A DNA stretch of 41,029 bases from a virus (lineage: Duplodnaviria > Caudoviricetes). How positions within the stretch are numbered: position 1 is the first letter of the stretch; each line of letters starts with the position of its first letter. Below the pieces are notes generated by a model. That model saw only the letters and a list, made by a program, of their open reading frames with translations, was not told where the DNA came from and did no database searches. Below are positions 9,835-18,934 of this stretch, in pieces. Made by a program: the position numbers and the translations under genes. Where the stretch lies: IMG/VR virus record IMGVR_UViG_3300033067_001690, positions 1 to 41,029 of that record; one strand, 5' to 3'.

Positions 9835-12020
9835 TGCCCAACACGTGGGACTCTTCGCGACAGGCATACATCGACGGCCTTGGCCACCAGTGGGACAGCG
9901 CCACCGGCACGTGGGGGCCAATGTCGGCGCCCCTGCCCGGCTCGGGCGGCTCCTCAGGCGGCAGCGGCTCGACCGGGGTGGGCCAGGTCAGCATCGGCAA
10001 CCAAAACCGGCTCGACCAGGCGTACATCGACAGTCTGGCGGCGGCGGCCCAGCTGGCGCGTGACCAACTCACGGCGACCTCCGCCTACCAGACCGGGCAG
10101 CTTGGCATCTCTCAGCAGCAACTCGGGCTTTCGCAACAGCAGCTCGCGAACCAGCGCGCGACCGACGCGGAGAACGCCCAGTACCACCTCGCCCAGCTCG
10201 GCCTCACCCGCGAGCAAATCGACAAGCAGTACCAGATCGACACGCAGCGGCTCGGCATCGAACGAGCGAACGAGATCCGCCAGGAGAAGCAGGACGCGGC
10301 GGCCAACGTCCTCGCGCTCGCGAACTTCAACCTCAACCGCGACACGCTCAACGCCGGCATCGCCGACAAGAAGAGCGCGGCCAGCATTGACGCGCTCAAG
10401 TGGCTGGCGGATCGGTCGGGGCCGCAGGACTGGACGCGGCAGAACTACATCGAAAACGGGATGGACGGACCGACTCCCACCGGAACGCTCACGTTCTCCC
10501 CGCTCGACATCATCAACCAGAACTACAAGCCCGTGACGACGGCCGCCCCGGACCTCCAGGCGGCGATGGCAGGGGTCGGCAACGGTCTCCTCAGCTCAGT
10601 GGCCCAGCCTGCCGCGGCTGCTCCGTCCGCGCCGGCGACGACCTACAGCCAGCCGAGCGCAAGCCCCGGCGGCGCGATGCAGGCCAGCGGAGGCGGCGAG
10701 AGGAGCCTGGTCGCCAACCAGCAGAACCTCACGCCTGCCCAGTGGTCAGCCACGCAACAGCGCGCCGCTGCGATGCAGACTGCCGGCGGCGGCAACGGAC
10801 TCCTCAGCGGCGTGTCCGGCCAGCTCAGCCAGACCCCGGCCGGTTCCGGCTACGGCGTCACTCCTCCGGACGGGTACCAGATCATGCCGGACGGCACGGT
10901 CCGAGCGGCTCCGGCGCGCACGATTCGCGCGCTTGCGGGTGGCGGCACGACGGGCGGCGCGGCCATCGTGGGCGACCGTCCCGGCCAGTCCATGAAGGAG
11001 ATCAAGGCCGACCCTCACACCGAGATCGTCTACTCGAGCATCAACCCGGACACTGGGAAGGCCGAGCTCGAGGTCCTGCCCCACGAACGTCTTGCCGGCC
11101 TGCTCGACCAGGCCATGGGCCGCAAAGGAGGGGCCATGCACTCCGTCGCGAAGATGCCGGCGGCACTGGTGGCGATGCTCCCTCGGGCCTACGGCGGCTA
11201 CTCCTCCTGGACGAACGGCGGCTACAACCGACAGCCCGACGGCGCGGGCATGGGCACCTCCGCGACTCCCGGGCAGCTCGCCCAGAACGTGAACGGCAGA
11301 GTCGGCCCGGTGCCGATTTCTGGCATGCCCGGCCAGGGCGGCAACTACTCCATGCAGACGCCACAAGGGCAGGCGGGATCGGTATGGCAACTCCCCGGTG
11401 AGGGCTTTGTCACGAACCAGGCCGGTCCCGACTCGGGCGGGCCGGACAGCGTGCGAGCGCAGCCGGGCCAGCTTCCCGGGCCGATGACGGCGCCCGCGGC
11501 CGGCTACCCCGTGGGTGGTGGGCTTCCAGGAGGAACCCCCATCCCGGAGTCAGCGCCAGGCCAGATGGTGAACCAGGCGGGCTCAGGCGCGGGCACGGCG
11601 GGCGGGCTGCTCAGCGGCATCCCCGGCGTCGACGGGCTGAACAATACCGGCGCGCCTGCGGCGAACTTCGACAACCCCGGCCAGTACGACCCCTACCGGA
11701 TCCGGGTCAACAAGTACTCGGGCGACACCATGAACAACGCGCCGATCCTCCGCAAGCTGCGGGGGACGATGGGCACGATCGGCTTCCAGGGCTACGGCAA
11801 GGATGGAAACTACATGGGCGCCATCCCGTCCCAGGGCATCACGAACCTGCCGGTGCAGCTGAACATGCGCACGCTGCTGGGGCTGAACCCGGGTGAGCTG
11901 AAAGCCGGTCAGGCCGCGTACGACAACCCCGAATCGGGCCTGTCGTGGGCCAACATCGTCTCGATGGCCCAGGCCGCGGCGCCGAAGGTCGGCAACTTCG
12001 GGCTGGCGAGGGCGCGGTGA
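9834..12020 (+). CDS. Probable ejection/DNA-pilot-like protein, Q/G-rich
   Basis: 728 aa; Gln-rich helical N-half; LAGGG..GGAAIVGD.PG....E.V motif; position within the virion module. Confidence 0.55.
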   Translation: MPNTWDSSRQAYIDGLGHQWDSATGTWGPMSAPLPGSGGSSGGSGSTGVGQVSIGNQNRLDQAYIDSLAAAAQLARDQLTATSAYQTGQLGISQQQLGLSQQQLANQRATDAENAQYHLAQLGLTREQIDKQYQIDTQRLGIERANEIRQEKQDAAANVLALANFNLNRDTLNAGIADKKSAASIDALKWLADRSGPQDWTRQNYIENGMDGPTPTGTLTFSPLDIINQNYKPVTTAAPDLQAAMAGVGNGLLSSVAQPAAAAPSAPATTYSQPSASPGGAMQASGGGERSLVANQQNLTPAQWSATQQRAAAMQTAGGGNGLLSGVSGQLSQTPAGSGYGVTPPDGYQIMPDGTVRAAPARTIRALAGGGTTGGAAIVGDRPGQSMKEIKADPHTEIVYSSINPDTGKAELEVLPHERLAGLLDQAMGRKGGAMHSVAKMPAALVAMLPRAYGGYSSWTNGGYNRQPDGAGMGTSATPGQLAQNVNGRVGPVPISGMPGQGGNYSMQTPQGQAGSVWQLPGEGFVTNQAGPDSGGPDSVRAQPGQLPGPMTAPAAGYPVGGGLPGGTPIPESAPGQMVNQAGSGAGTAGGLLSGIPGVDGLNNTGAPAANFDNPGQYDPYRIRVNKYSGDTMNNAPILRKLRGTMGTIGFQGYGKDGNYMGAIPSQGITNLPVQLNMRTLLGLNPGELKAGQAAYDNPESGLSWANIVSMAQAAAPKVGNFGLARAR

Positions 12021-12202
12021 GCCTCTACGACGAGCTGGTGGCGATGAGCCGAGAACTCGATCAGGTCCAGCCCAAGACAGTCGTCTTGGAACTGACCGGC
12101 GATCAGGCTGCGAGCATTCGACGCGCAATGGCGACGCGCCCTCCCAAGAAGATCCGCCAAGGTGCGCGCAAAGCAGAACTTCGACGGCGAGGGCTGCGAT
12201 GA
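12017..12202 (+). CDS. Small hypothetical protein (61 aa, MSLYDELVAMS...)
   Basis: GTGA-coupled start. Confidence 0.6.
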   Translation: MSLYDELVAMSRELDQVQPKTVVLELTGDQAASIRRAMATRPPKKIRQGARKAELRRRGLR

Positions 12203-12372
12203 AGACGAAGACGTTCACGATCGACTGGCGCTACCACTTCACCGGCGGCTTTGCCTTCGCCGAACACCGCGCCTTCGTCTGCCAATGCCTGCCGATGGTG
12301 CGGCCCCTGTCGGAACATGGCCCGCGGATCTTCGGGCACCGCCAACTCTTCGAAAGGTGGATCGAGCCGTGA
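12199..12372 (+). CDS. Small hypothetical protein (57 aa, MKTKTFTIDWRYHF...)
   Basis: ATGA coupling upstream and TGATG coupling downstream. Confidence 0.55.
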   Translation: MKTKTFTIDWRYHFTGGFAFAEHRAFVCQCLPMVRPLSEHGPRIFGHRQLFERWIEP

Positions 12373-12617
12373 TGAGCCGACAGATCCTGATCGGGAAACT
12401 CGCCGACGACGAACTGAACGAATACCGCCTCTACCAGGCGCAGCGATCCTCGCTCGAAGCCAACCCCGACAAGTACTCGAAGGAGGAGGGCGAAAGCATC
12501 TACCTCCGTGGGTTCCGCTTCTGGGGCCGGCTCTGCGAGAAGTACGAAATCGAGGGCCAACGCGAGTTTCGCTGCGACCCCAATTCGGGAGTGCTCTGGT
12601 ACCAGGAGGAGGACTGA
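12372..12617 (+). CDS. Hypothetical protein (81 aa, MSRQILIGKLADDEL...)
   Basis: TGATG coupling on both sides. Confidence 0.65.
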   Translation: MSRQILIGKLADDELNEYRLYQAQRSSLEANPDKYSKEEGESIYLRGFRFWGRLCEKYEIEGQREFRCDPNSGVLWYQEED

Positions 12618-15600
12618 TGCCGACCACATGGCGACCATGGGAACCGGCGATCGCCAAGCTGCAACGGGACCGCGCGCAGTGGGAGACGATGCAGCAGACC
12701 GTGCTCAACGCTGCGGCGAAGGGCGGCATCCACGCGGCCGCGGCCGCTGTCGCCCCACCGGAACCACCAAAGCAGCAAGGCGGCGGCGGGCTGCTCGGCA
12801 GCATCGCGAGCGCAGCCGGTGACTTCGTTGGCGGCTACCGCGACACGGCCACGGACTGGCGCGACGCGCTCACGGGTGGTTCCGTCTCTTCCCGGCTGGG
12901 CGACCTGGCCGACGCGGGCAGCGGTCTCACGCGACAGGCCGGCGGGCTGCTGAGCGATATCGGCGGCATCTCCTCGGACGTCGGGCACCACATCTCCGGG
13001 CCAGTGTTCAGCTCGTTCCTCGATCAGCAGGGCGGCATCGATACCGACCCGCTGCAGGTGCTCGGGAACCTTGCGCGAGCGGCGAGCATGGCCAACCCGG
13101 TCACTCGTCTCGCGCGTGGTGTCGTCGACCAGGCGAACCCCTACGGCGACCAGGCTGCGGGGGAATTCGACCGCTTCCAGAAGAGCAACGCACCGGTCGG
13201 ACTGAAAGCCGCGGCCAACGTGCTCGGCGACCCAGGCAGCTACATCGGCCCTGGCGTCGCTTCGAAGCTTGGCCCGCTGGCCGGCCTGATCGAGCAGCCG
13301 ATCGGGGCGTCCGTCGGCGCCGGCGTTGGCTCAGGCGTAGCGGCCCAGGCGGCAGACCAACTCGACCTCCCGGACTGGGCGCAGGGACTGGCGCCGATGA
13401 TCGGCGCGTTCGTGGGTGGCGCAGCCGGTGCGCGGCCCTCGGCACTGAAAGCAGGCGCCGAGCAGGCTGTCTCCCCGCTCACGGGCGAGGGTGTGCTTGC
13501 CGGCGAGCGCGGCAGCTTCGACATGGGGGCGATCGGCCGCATCCCCAAGGTTGAGGAGCCCGGTATCTCTGGCGGCGCTGGCGCGGTCTCCTCTCCCGTG
13601 CCGCCCGCCACGGGCTCTGGCCTCTCCCTCCGCACGCTCGACCCGACTGCGCTGCTTTCCAAAGCGTACGGGCAGCTCCCCTTCGTCCGCAGCAAGAGCG
13701 GCATCGGCGGCCTTCCCGACTGGATGGTGGATGCGCCCGACGCTTACGACGGCTCCAGCCTCATCAACCTCAAGGCCATCACGAGCGACCCCGCGCTGCC
13801 GGTATCAGCCAAGCTCTCCAACGCCGTTTGGAAGGGCCTCGAAAAGGTGGGCGGCGACAAGTTAAGCATGAAGCTCGAGGACCCGCGCGTCCGCCAGATC
13901 CGGATGATGCACGACATGAACGCGCAGGCGATCCCAGCGATCGCCGACACGGAAATGGCGATCCACACCGCCCCGGTCCGGGACCTTCCCATCGGCCCAA
14001 AGGGGGAAGCGCTCGACGCCGCAGGGGCTCCTGTGGACTTCATCAACGAGCACGGCCGGCCTGAGGTCGGGAAGCTCACCCCGCGCAAGGTGGCGACATG
14101 GGATGACATCATGCTCCACCCCGAGCGCTACCCGGTGGACCAGCTGCTCACCCCCGAACAGACCGCGGCATTCCGGGCGATGAGTGAGCGAATGCAGGCG
14201 ATCGCGGACACCTCGCGAGCCATGGGCATCAAGATCGAGGGCCAGGTGCAGCCTTCCGAGGGTGGCGTCTACCTGTCTCGTATCGGGACGAAGCCGGCGC
14301 TTCGCGAGGAGGGGCCGGTCTCCCAGGTCGGCAAGCGCTACGAGGACGGCAAGGCCGGGTCCACCCTCGAACGGCGGTTCAAGAGCGGCGCAGACGCGAT
14401 CGACGGCGGCATGGTCGTTCCCTCGCCTGCGGAGGCCTTCAAACTCTACGTCCAGAAGAACCTCGAACAGCAGAACGGGACGCACGCGGGCAACCTCCTC
14501 AAGCAGGTCGTGCTCAGCGATGGCAAGACGATCGGCGCCAGCGCCGTTGACCAGGCCACGAAGGAGGAACTCGTTGGGCTGCGGAAGGATCTCCGGCCCC
14601 AGTCCCGTGAGCTTCGCCAGCTCAAGGGCGCCAAGGCGATTGCAGATCGTGACGTTCGTCTCGGTAACGCATGGATTCAGTCAGCAACCACCCGCGGTCA
14701 GGAGCTGCTCGCAAAGGCTCAGGACGCAGGTGCCGCCGTCACCGAACGCCAGGCCGCCGCCTCCGAAGCGCTGGCACTGGCAAAGCAGCAGCTTGCGGAT
14801 TCGCTCTCCGCGGCCGCGGACCTTGAACGCAAGACCCAATCGCTTGGACGAGAAAGCGAGGCCTCGCGCATCGCCCTCAAACGCGTGCTTGACGAAGGGT
14901 CTGCCCTCTCTTCGCGGCTGAATGCCATCGAGGACCAGGCCGCCGGCGCAATGGGGAACGTTGCCCACGGCGAGACCGGCGGCTACGTCAACGGGATGGC
15001 CGTCGAAGCAAAGAAGGCGACGGACTACGCGCAGCAGGTCCGAGAAGCCGCGGCAACCGAGGCGGCGACCGTGCAGAAACGGCTTGAAGCGCTGCCGTAC
15101 GCCGACGTGAACGCTCGCCACCAGGACGCCCTTACCGCGGCCGCGGACGCACACGCGCGATTCAGCGCCTCCCTCTCGGACGTGAAGCGCGCGCGGGTCG
15201 ACATTCAGGCCGCCGCTGCAGCTGAGCCGGCCGCGGCCGAGCGAGCGCGCCAGGCGATGTGGCAAGGGCGGAACGATGAGCTCACCAAGGTATGGCGGCA
15301 GCGGGCATCCCAGGTCCTCCGCGCCGTCGACCGGTCCAGCGAACTCGGACAGAAAATCGAGCAGTTGTCGGCCCAGATGGAGCCGAGCGTTCAGCGCACC
15401 AAAGAGCTGCGCGCCCAGGTGCAGGACGTGCGCAAGCTCGCCCATGACCGCGGCCAGGTCTACTCGGGCGAGATCCCGCTCGACTCCATGCGCGGAATCA
15501 AGGTGCCGCGCGAGATGGTGAACGCCTGGACGAAGACGATGGCGAGCCCGCACGGGACAGGGGCCCAGGTGTTCGACCTCGTCAACAACTCGTTCCGGAT

Positions 15601-17485
15601 GCTCGGCGCAACGGCCGACGCAAGCCGCATGATGACGGTCGGCCTGCTCGGCAACGCGGACAACCCGGTCATCGGCACGCGGGCCTCTCTCGCCGGTGTG
15701 AAAACTGCCCTGAACGAAGACGCGATGTGGAACCACCTCCGCTCGGTCAACGCGAAGGCCGTGGCCGAGGGGCTGCCGCCACTCACCGAGGCAATCGGCA
15801 AGGATGGGCTGATGCTCGCCGAGTCGGAGTACTCGTTGAAGAGCGCAGCCAAGCCCGGCAGCTTCGCCGAGCGATTCAGCAACCTTCCGGTCATCAAGCA
15901 GGCGGACGCGCTCTACACGGCCCCGGGCAACGTCGAACGGGTGGAGCGGTACTACGCGCAGCTGCGCCGGCTGAAGGCCGAGGGCAAGGACTTCACCAGC
16001 CCGCAGGCGCGCGAGTCGGCCGCCAATGCCGCCAACCTCATCAGCGGCCGCGCCCGCAACGGCGTGCTGTCGCCCATCATCGGCGCCGACGCTGCCAACC
16101 GGATCGCTTTTGCGGGGCGCTTCGTCCAGAGCCAGCTTGAGACCGTTGCCAACGCCGCGCTGTCGGGCGGGATCGAGGGCTACGAGGCGCGGAAGGCCCT
16201 GCTGCGGCTTTCGATCGGCGTGGCCGGCGCGACCTTCGCAATCAACCAGGCGCTTGGGAATCAGACCGTGCTCGACGCGGGCGATCCCAACTTCCTCGCC
16301 ATTCGTGTCGGCGGTACCGACTACAAGCTCGGTGGCGCTTACCAGAGCCTGCTTGCCGGCGTCTGGAAAGCCGCGCACGAGGCCGGCGACAGCTTTATGG
16401 CGAAGGATCCAGCCGGTGTCCTCACGTCACCGACCGACCTCATCCGGGGCAAGGCCGGGCCGCTCGCCGGCATCGGCTACGACCTCACTGCCGGGCACGG
16501 GAAGAACCCCATCGGCGGCCCTGCGCTTGGCCTGAACACGCTGCCCGTTCCCTTCGCGGTTCGGGATATCGCCACGCAGGCGCAGCGCACGGACTTCGGC
16601 GATCCGACCTCGCTGGGTGCGCTGGGGCTCGCCAGCGTGGCATCGCTGACCGGCGTGAAGGCCAACCCCATGACGCCGACCGAGGAACTGAATCAGGCAG
16701 TCGGGGACATGTTCCAGGGCAAGGAGTTCAACGACCTGAGTCCTGCGCAGAAGGAGCAGGTGAAGGCGGCTCACCCGGACCTGTGGCAGGCGAAGGTCAA
16801 TGCCGGTACGGCGGAGTCGCGCCAGTACTACAAGCGCAAGGACGAACTGACCGCCGAGCAGGCGGCATCCGACGCGGCCGCCGCTTCCGGCCAGCTCACG
16901 AAAGCGCAGTGGCTCGCGCAGTACCACGATCGCCAGCTCAAGCTCAGCGAGGCCGGGCATACCATCTTTGGCGACACGGGTCCGAAGAAGAACCCGAAGA
17001 CGGCGCAGGACTTCTACGGCAACGCCATCGACTCCGCGAAGCGCGCGGACGGCTCCATCGACTGGGAGCAGGTCGACTCGGCTGTTGCGGCGCTCCCCCA
17101 GGCGATGCAGGACACGATCGCGGAGTCTCACGGTCTCGGCTCGACTCCGATGGTCCGCAAGTACAAGCAGGCCCTCGCCCTCAAGGCGCAGATGCGGGCG
17201 CTGCCGAAGTACGTGGGCTACACGGGCGCCGAAGCCAACGACATCGACGCGGCCTACGCGCACCTTCCCGCCGGCGGCTCCGTTTCCGCGGGGGCAAAGC
17301 TGCGGGCACTGGCCCAGCTCGGCATCGACGACCCGCGCGTGATTCGCGGGGTGCGGGCGCGCATCCTCGGCACGATCGGGAAGCAATCGCCGGCGCGCCA
17401 GGCGTTCGTGAAGCGCAACCCGCTCTATTCAGAGTTCTTCGGCTCGGGCAACTTCGACCCGGCCTCGCTGGACGGCGCTGCGTGA
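12617..17485 (+). CDS. Large probable ejection/internal virion protein (1622 aa)
   Basis: ATG at 12617 after GGAGGAGG; Gly-rich hydrophobic stretches, a long central coiled coil and a helical C-terminal region, as in podovirus ejectosome proteins. Confidence 0.65.
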   Translation: MPTTWRPWEPAIAKLQRDRAQWETMQQTVLNAAAKGGIHAAAAAVAPPEPPKQQGGGGLLGSIASAAGDFVGGYRDTATDWRDALTGGSVSSRLGDLADAGSGLTRQAGGLLSDIGGISSDVGHHISGPVFSSFLDQQGGIDTDPLQVLGNLARAASMANPVTRLARGVVDQANPYGDQAAGEFDRFQKSNAPVGLKAAANVLGDPGSYIGPGVASKLGPLAGLIEQPIGASVGAGVGSGVAAQAADQLDLPDWAQGLAPMIGAFVGGAAGARPSALKAGAEQAVSPLTGEGVLAGERGSFDMGAIGRIPKVEEPGISGGAGAVSSPVPPATGSGLSLRTLDPTALLSKAYGQLPFVRSKSGIGGLPDWMVDAPDAYDGSSLINLKAITSDPALPVSAKLSNAVWKGLEKVGGDKLSMKLEDPRVRQIRMMHDMNAQAIPAIADTEMAIHTAPVRDLPIGPKGEALDAAGAPVDFINEHGRPEVGKLTPRKVATWDDIMLHPERYPVDQLLTPEQTAAFRAMSERMQAIADTSRAMGIKIEGQVQPSEGGVYLSRIGTKPALREEGPVSQVGKRYEDGKAGSTLERRFKSGADAIDGGMVVPSPAEAFKLYVQKNLEQQNGTHAGNLLKQVVLSDGKTIGASAVDQATKEELVGLRKDLRPQSRELRQLKGAKAIADRDVRLGNAWIQSATTRGQELLAKAQDAGAAVTERQAAASEALALAKQQLADSLSAAADLERKTQSLGRESEASRIALKRVLDEGSALSSRLNAIEDQAAGAMGNVAHGETGGYVNGMAVEAKKATDYAQQVREAAATEAATVQKRLEALPYADVNARHQDALTAAADAHARFSASLSDVKRARVDIQAAAAAEPAAAERARQAMWQGRNDELTKVWRQRASQVLRAVDRSSELGQKIEQLSAQMEPSVQRTKELRAQVQDVRKLAHDRGQVYSGEIPLDSMRGIKVPREMVNAWTKTMASPHGTGAQVFDLVNNSFRMLGATADASRMMTVGLLGNADNPVIGTRASLAGVKTALNEDAMWNHLRSVNAKAVAEGLPPLTEAIGKDGLMLAESEYSLKSAAKPGSFAERFSNLPVIKQADALYTAPGNVERVERYYAQLRRLKAEGKDFTSPQARESAANAANLISGRARNGVLSPIIGADAANRIAFAGRFVQSQLETVANAALSGGIEGYEARKALLRLSIGVAGATFAINQALGNQTVLDAGDPNFLAIRVGGTDYKLGGAYQSLLAGVWKAAHEAGDSFMAKDPAGVLTSPTDLIRGKAGPLAGIGYDLTAGHGKNPIGGPALGLNTLPVPFAVRDIATQAQRTDFGDPTSLGALGLASVASLTGVKANPMTPTEELNQAVGDMFQGKEFNDLSPAQKEQVKAAHPDLWQAKVNAGTAESRQYYKRKDELTAEQAASDAAAASGQLTKAQWLAQYHDRQLKLSEAGHTIFGDTGPKKNPKTAQDFYGNAIDSAKRADGSIDWEQVDSAVAALPQAMQDTIAESHGLGSTPMVRKYKQALALKAQMRALPKYVGYTGAEANDIDAAYAHLPAGGSVSAGAKLRALAQLGIDDPRVIRGVRARILGTIGKQSPARQAFVKRNPLYSEFFGSGNFDPASLDGAA

Positions 17486-17664
17486 ACGAGACGATCGCTC
17501 TTCGCGACGTCTACTGCGGGAATCGCGACTGCAGGTACCTCCGGCGCGAGGGGAAGCGGCGGCTCGTCGGCCGGCTCAGCCTCGGCGGGATAGCGGAGCT
17601 GAAATGCCCCGAATGCTCCACCCTCGCGGTGTATCGCGTACCTGTCCCCGCCGCGAATTGTTGA
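17482..17664 (+). CDS. Mu Com-like zinc-ribbon regulator (60 aa)
   Basis: LRDVYCGNRDC...RRLVGRLSLGGIAELKCPECST matches the Com pattern C-x-C..L......I/LKCPxC; GTGA-coupled. Confidence 0.7.
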   Translation: MNETIALRDVYCGNRDCRYLRREGKRRLVGRLSLGGIAELKCPECSTLAVYRVPVPAANC

Positions 17665-17690
17665 CAGGCTCCCACGGCAGGGCCGACACT
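17661..17690 (+). promoter_or_regulatory. Candidate sigma70-type late promoter
   Basis: TTGACA (17661-17666), 18-nt spacer, GACACT (17685-17690). Confidence 0.5.
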
Positions 17691-17743
17691 GCGAGCTAGC
17701 TGAGCAATCAGCGTAAGCAAACCGTTCGCCGAAACGCGTCATG

Positions 17744-17781
17744 AACGCCGGGTGTCTCGAAAGAGATCCCCGGCGTTTTTT
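17744..17781 (+). terminator. Intrinsic terminator-like hairpin inside a longer structured leader
   Basis: AACGCCGGG..GTCTC-GAAA-GAGAT..CCCGGCGTT followed by a T6 tract at 17776-17781. Confidence 0.7.
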
Positions 17782-17981
17782 GTGTCCGGCGAACAAGGGG
17801 CAGTCCCACAGCCGGGCACGCGCTGAGCGAACCATTCCGGGGAGCACGCGCCAAGCCTGCACGGGGCATGGAGTGGACCGTGGCAGCCCAACCGATGATC
17901 GCACCCGTAACAGCGCCTTCGGCGCCCATGACCATCCTCGGCGGTGAGCCGGTTGGCGTGCGGCGTGGCGGGCGAAACGTG

Positions 17982-18908
17982 ATGCCGATGCCGGCCGAAT
18001 TTCTGCCCGAGCCCGAAGACGACGACGCACCACCCACTCCCACGGCCGACCTCGGCGACACCGAGGATTCCGGCCCGGAGGACACCGAGGACGACGCAGA
18101 ACCAACCGGGGAAGCGACGGACCACGGCGAATCCGACGGGGAGACGGAGGAAAGCGCCGCTCAGGTTCCATCCGACGTTGAGGCATGGGGACCGATCCTC
18201 GTCGACGCGCCACAGCGCATTGCGGAGCTGAAAGGCTCCCAGCGCGCAGCGGCCATCGCGGCATCGCACGCGCACCTGACTGCGACCCACCAGGCGCAGA
18301 CCGACCAACTGGTAGCGCAGGCCGCCGCACAGGCGAGGGAATACGGCCGCATCGAAGCCCACGCGCAGATGGAGTTTCAACGGCTCAAGGCACTGGACCA
18401 CTACGACCGTGAGGCGGAGTTCGATTCAGACCCCCGCACCGGGCCCCAGAAACGCGCCGCGTTCCATCAGCTGATGGCCGCCGAGCTGAACCCGCGCGAG
18501 AGCCAACCGGCTCAAGCCGATCAGTCGGCCGCCTACAGGGAGCGCGCGCTCCGGCAGTTCGCAGCGATTGAGGACCAGTCCATTCGGGCCAAGCTCCTCA
18601 CGAACGAACGGGCCGGGAAATACCCAGCAACTCTCGACGGCTATGAGGCTCTCGTCGCGGACATCGCGGCGGAACGGGCCAAGCCGAAGACGCCTGCCGC
18701 GCCCCCGCCCGAGGCGGCGGCCGCGGCCAAGCTCAAGAGCGGTCCGAAAACGACCTCGACCGGGGGCGGCAGTTCCACTCCCGGCCCGCTGACGGTCGCT
18801 CGCTACAAATCCATGACCCGCAAAGAGATGGACGCCTACATGGACCGCCCGGGCGGCGAGGCCGAACTGGACGCCATGTTGGAGCGCATCGCTCGCGGGG
18901 AGAAATGA
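17982..18908 (+). CDS. Capsid scaffolding protein (start uncertain, 17868-17988)
   Basis: Acidic disordered N-terminus, helical middle and basic linker plus short C-terminal helix (YKSMTRKEMDAY); directly upstream of the capsid gene. Confidence 0.75.
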   Translation: MPMPAEFLPEPEDDDAPPTPTADLGDTEDSGPEDTEDDAEPTGEATDHGESDGETEESAAQVPSDVEAWGPILVDAPQRIAELKGSQRAAAIAASHAHLTATHQAQTDQLVAQAAAQAREYGRIEAHAQMEFQRLKALDHYDREAEFDSDPRTGPQKRAAFHQLMAAELNPRESQPAQADQSAAYRERALRQFAAIEDQSIRAKLLTNERAGKYPATLDGYEALVADIAAERAKPKTPAAPPPEAAAAAKLKSGPKTTSTGGGSSTPGPLTVARYKSMTRKEMDAYMDRPGGEAELDAMLERIARGEK

Positions 18909-18934
18909 CCGCGCCCTGAGGAGGGGCGCTCTCG

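Noticed and set aside
12251-12616. N-terminal extension of the 1744-aa ORF, and similar extensions at 22059, 24406, 25638 and 16783
   Set aside because: They overlap better-supported upstream genes. Coupled starts at 12617, 23016, 25042, 26136 and 17482 are more plausible.
14681-16378. 565-aa minus-strand ORF
   Set aside because: Antisense shadow of the 1622-aa gene, expected from GC-rich codon bias; no recognisable motifs.
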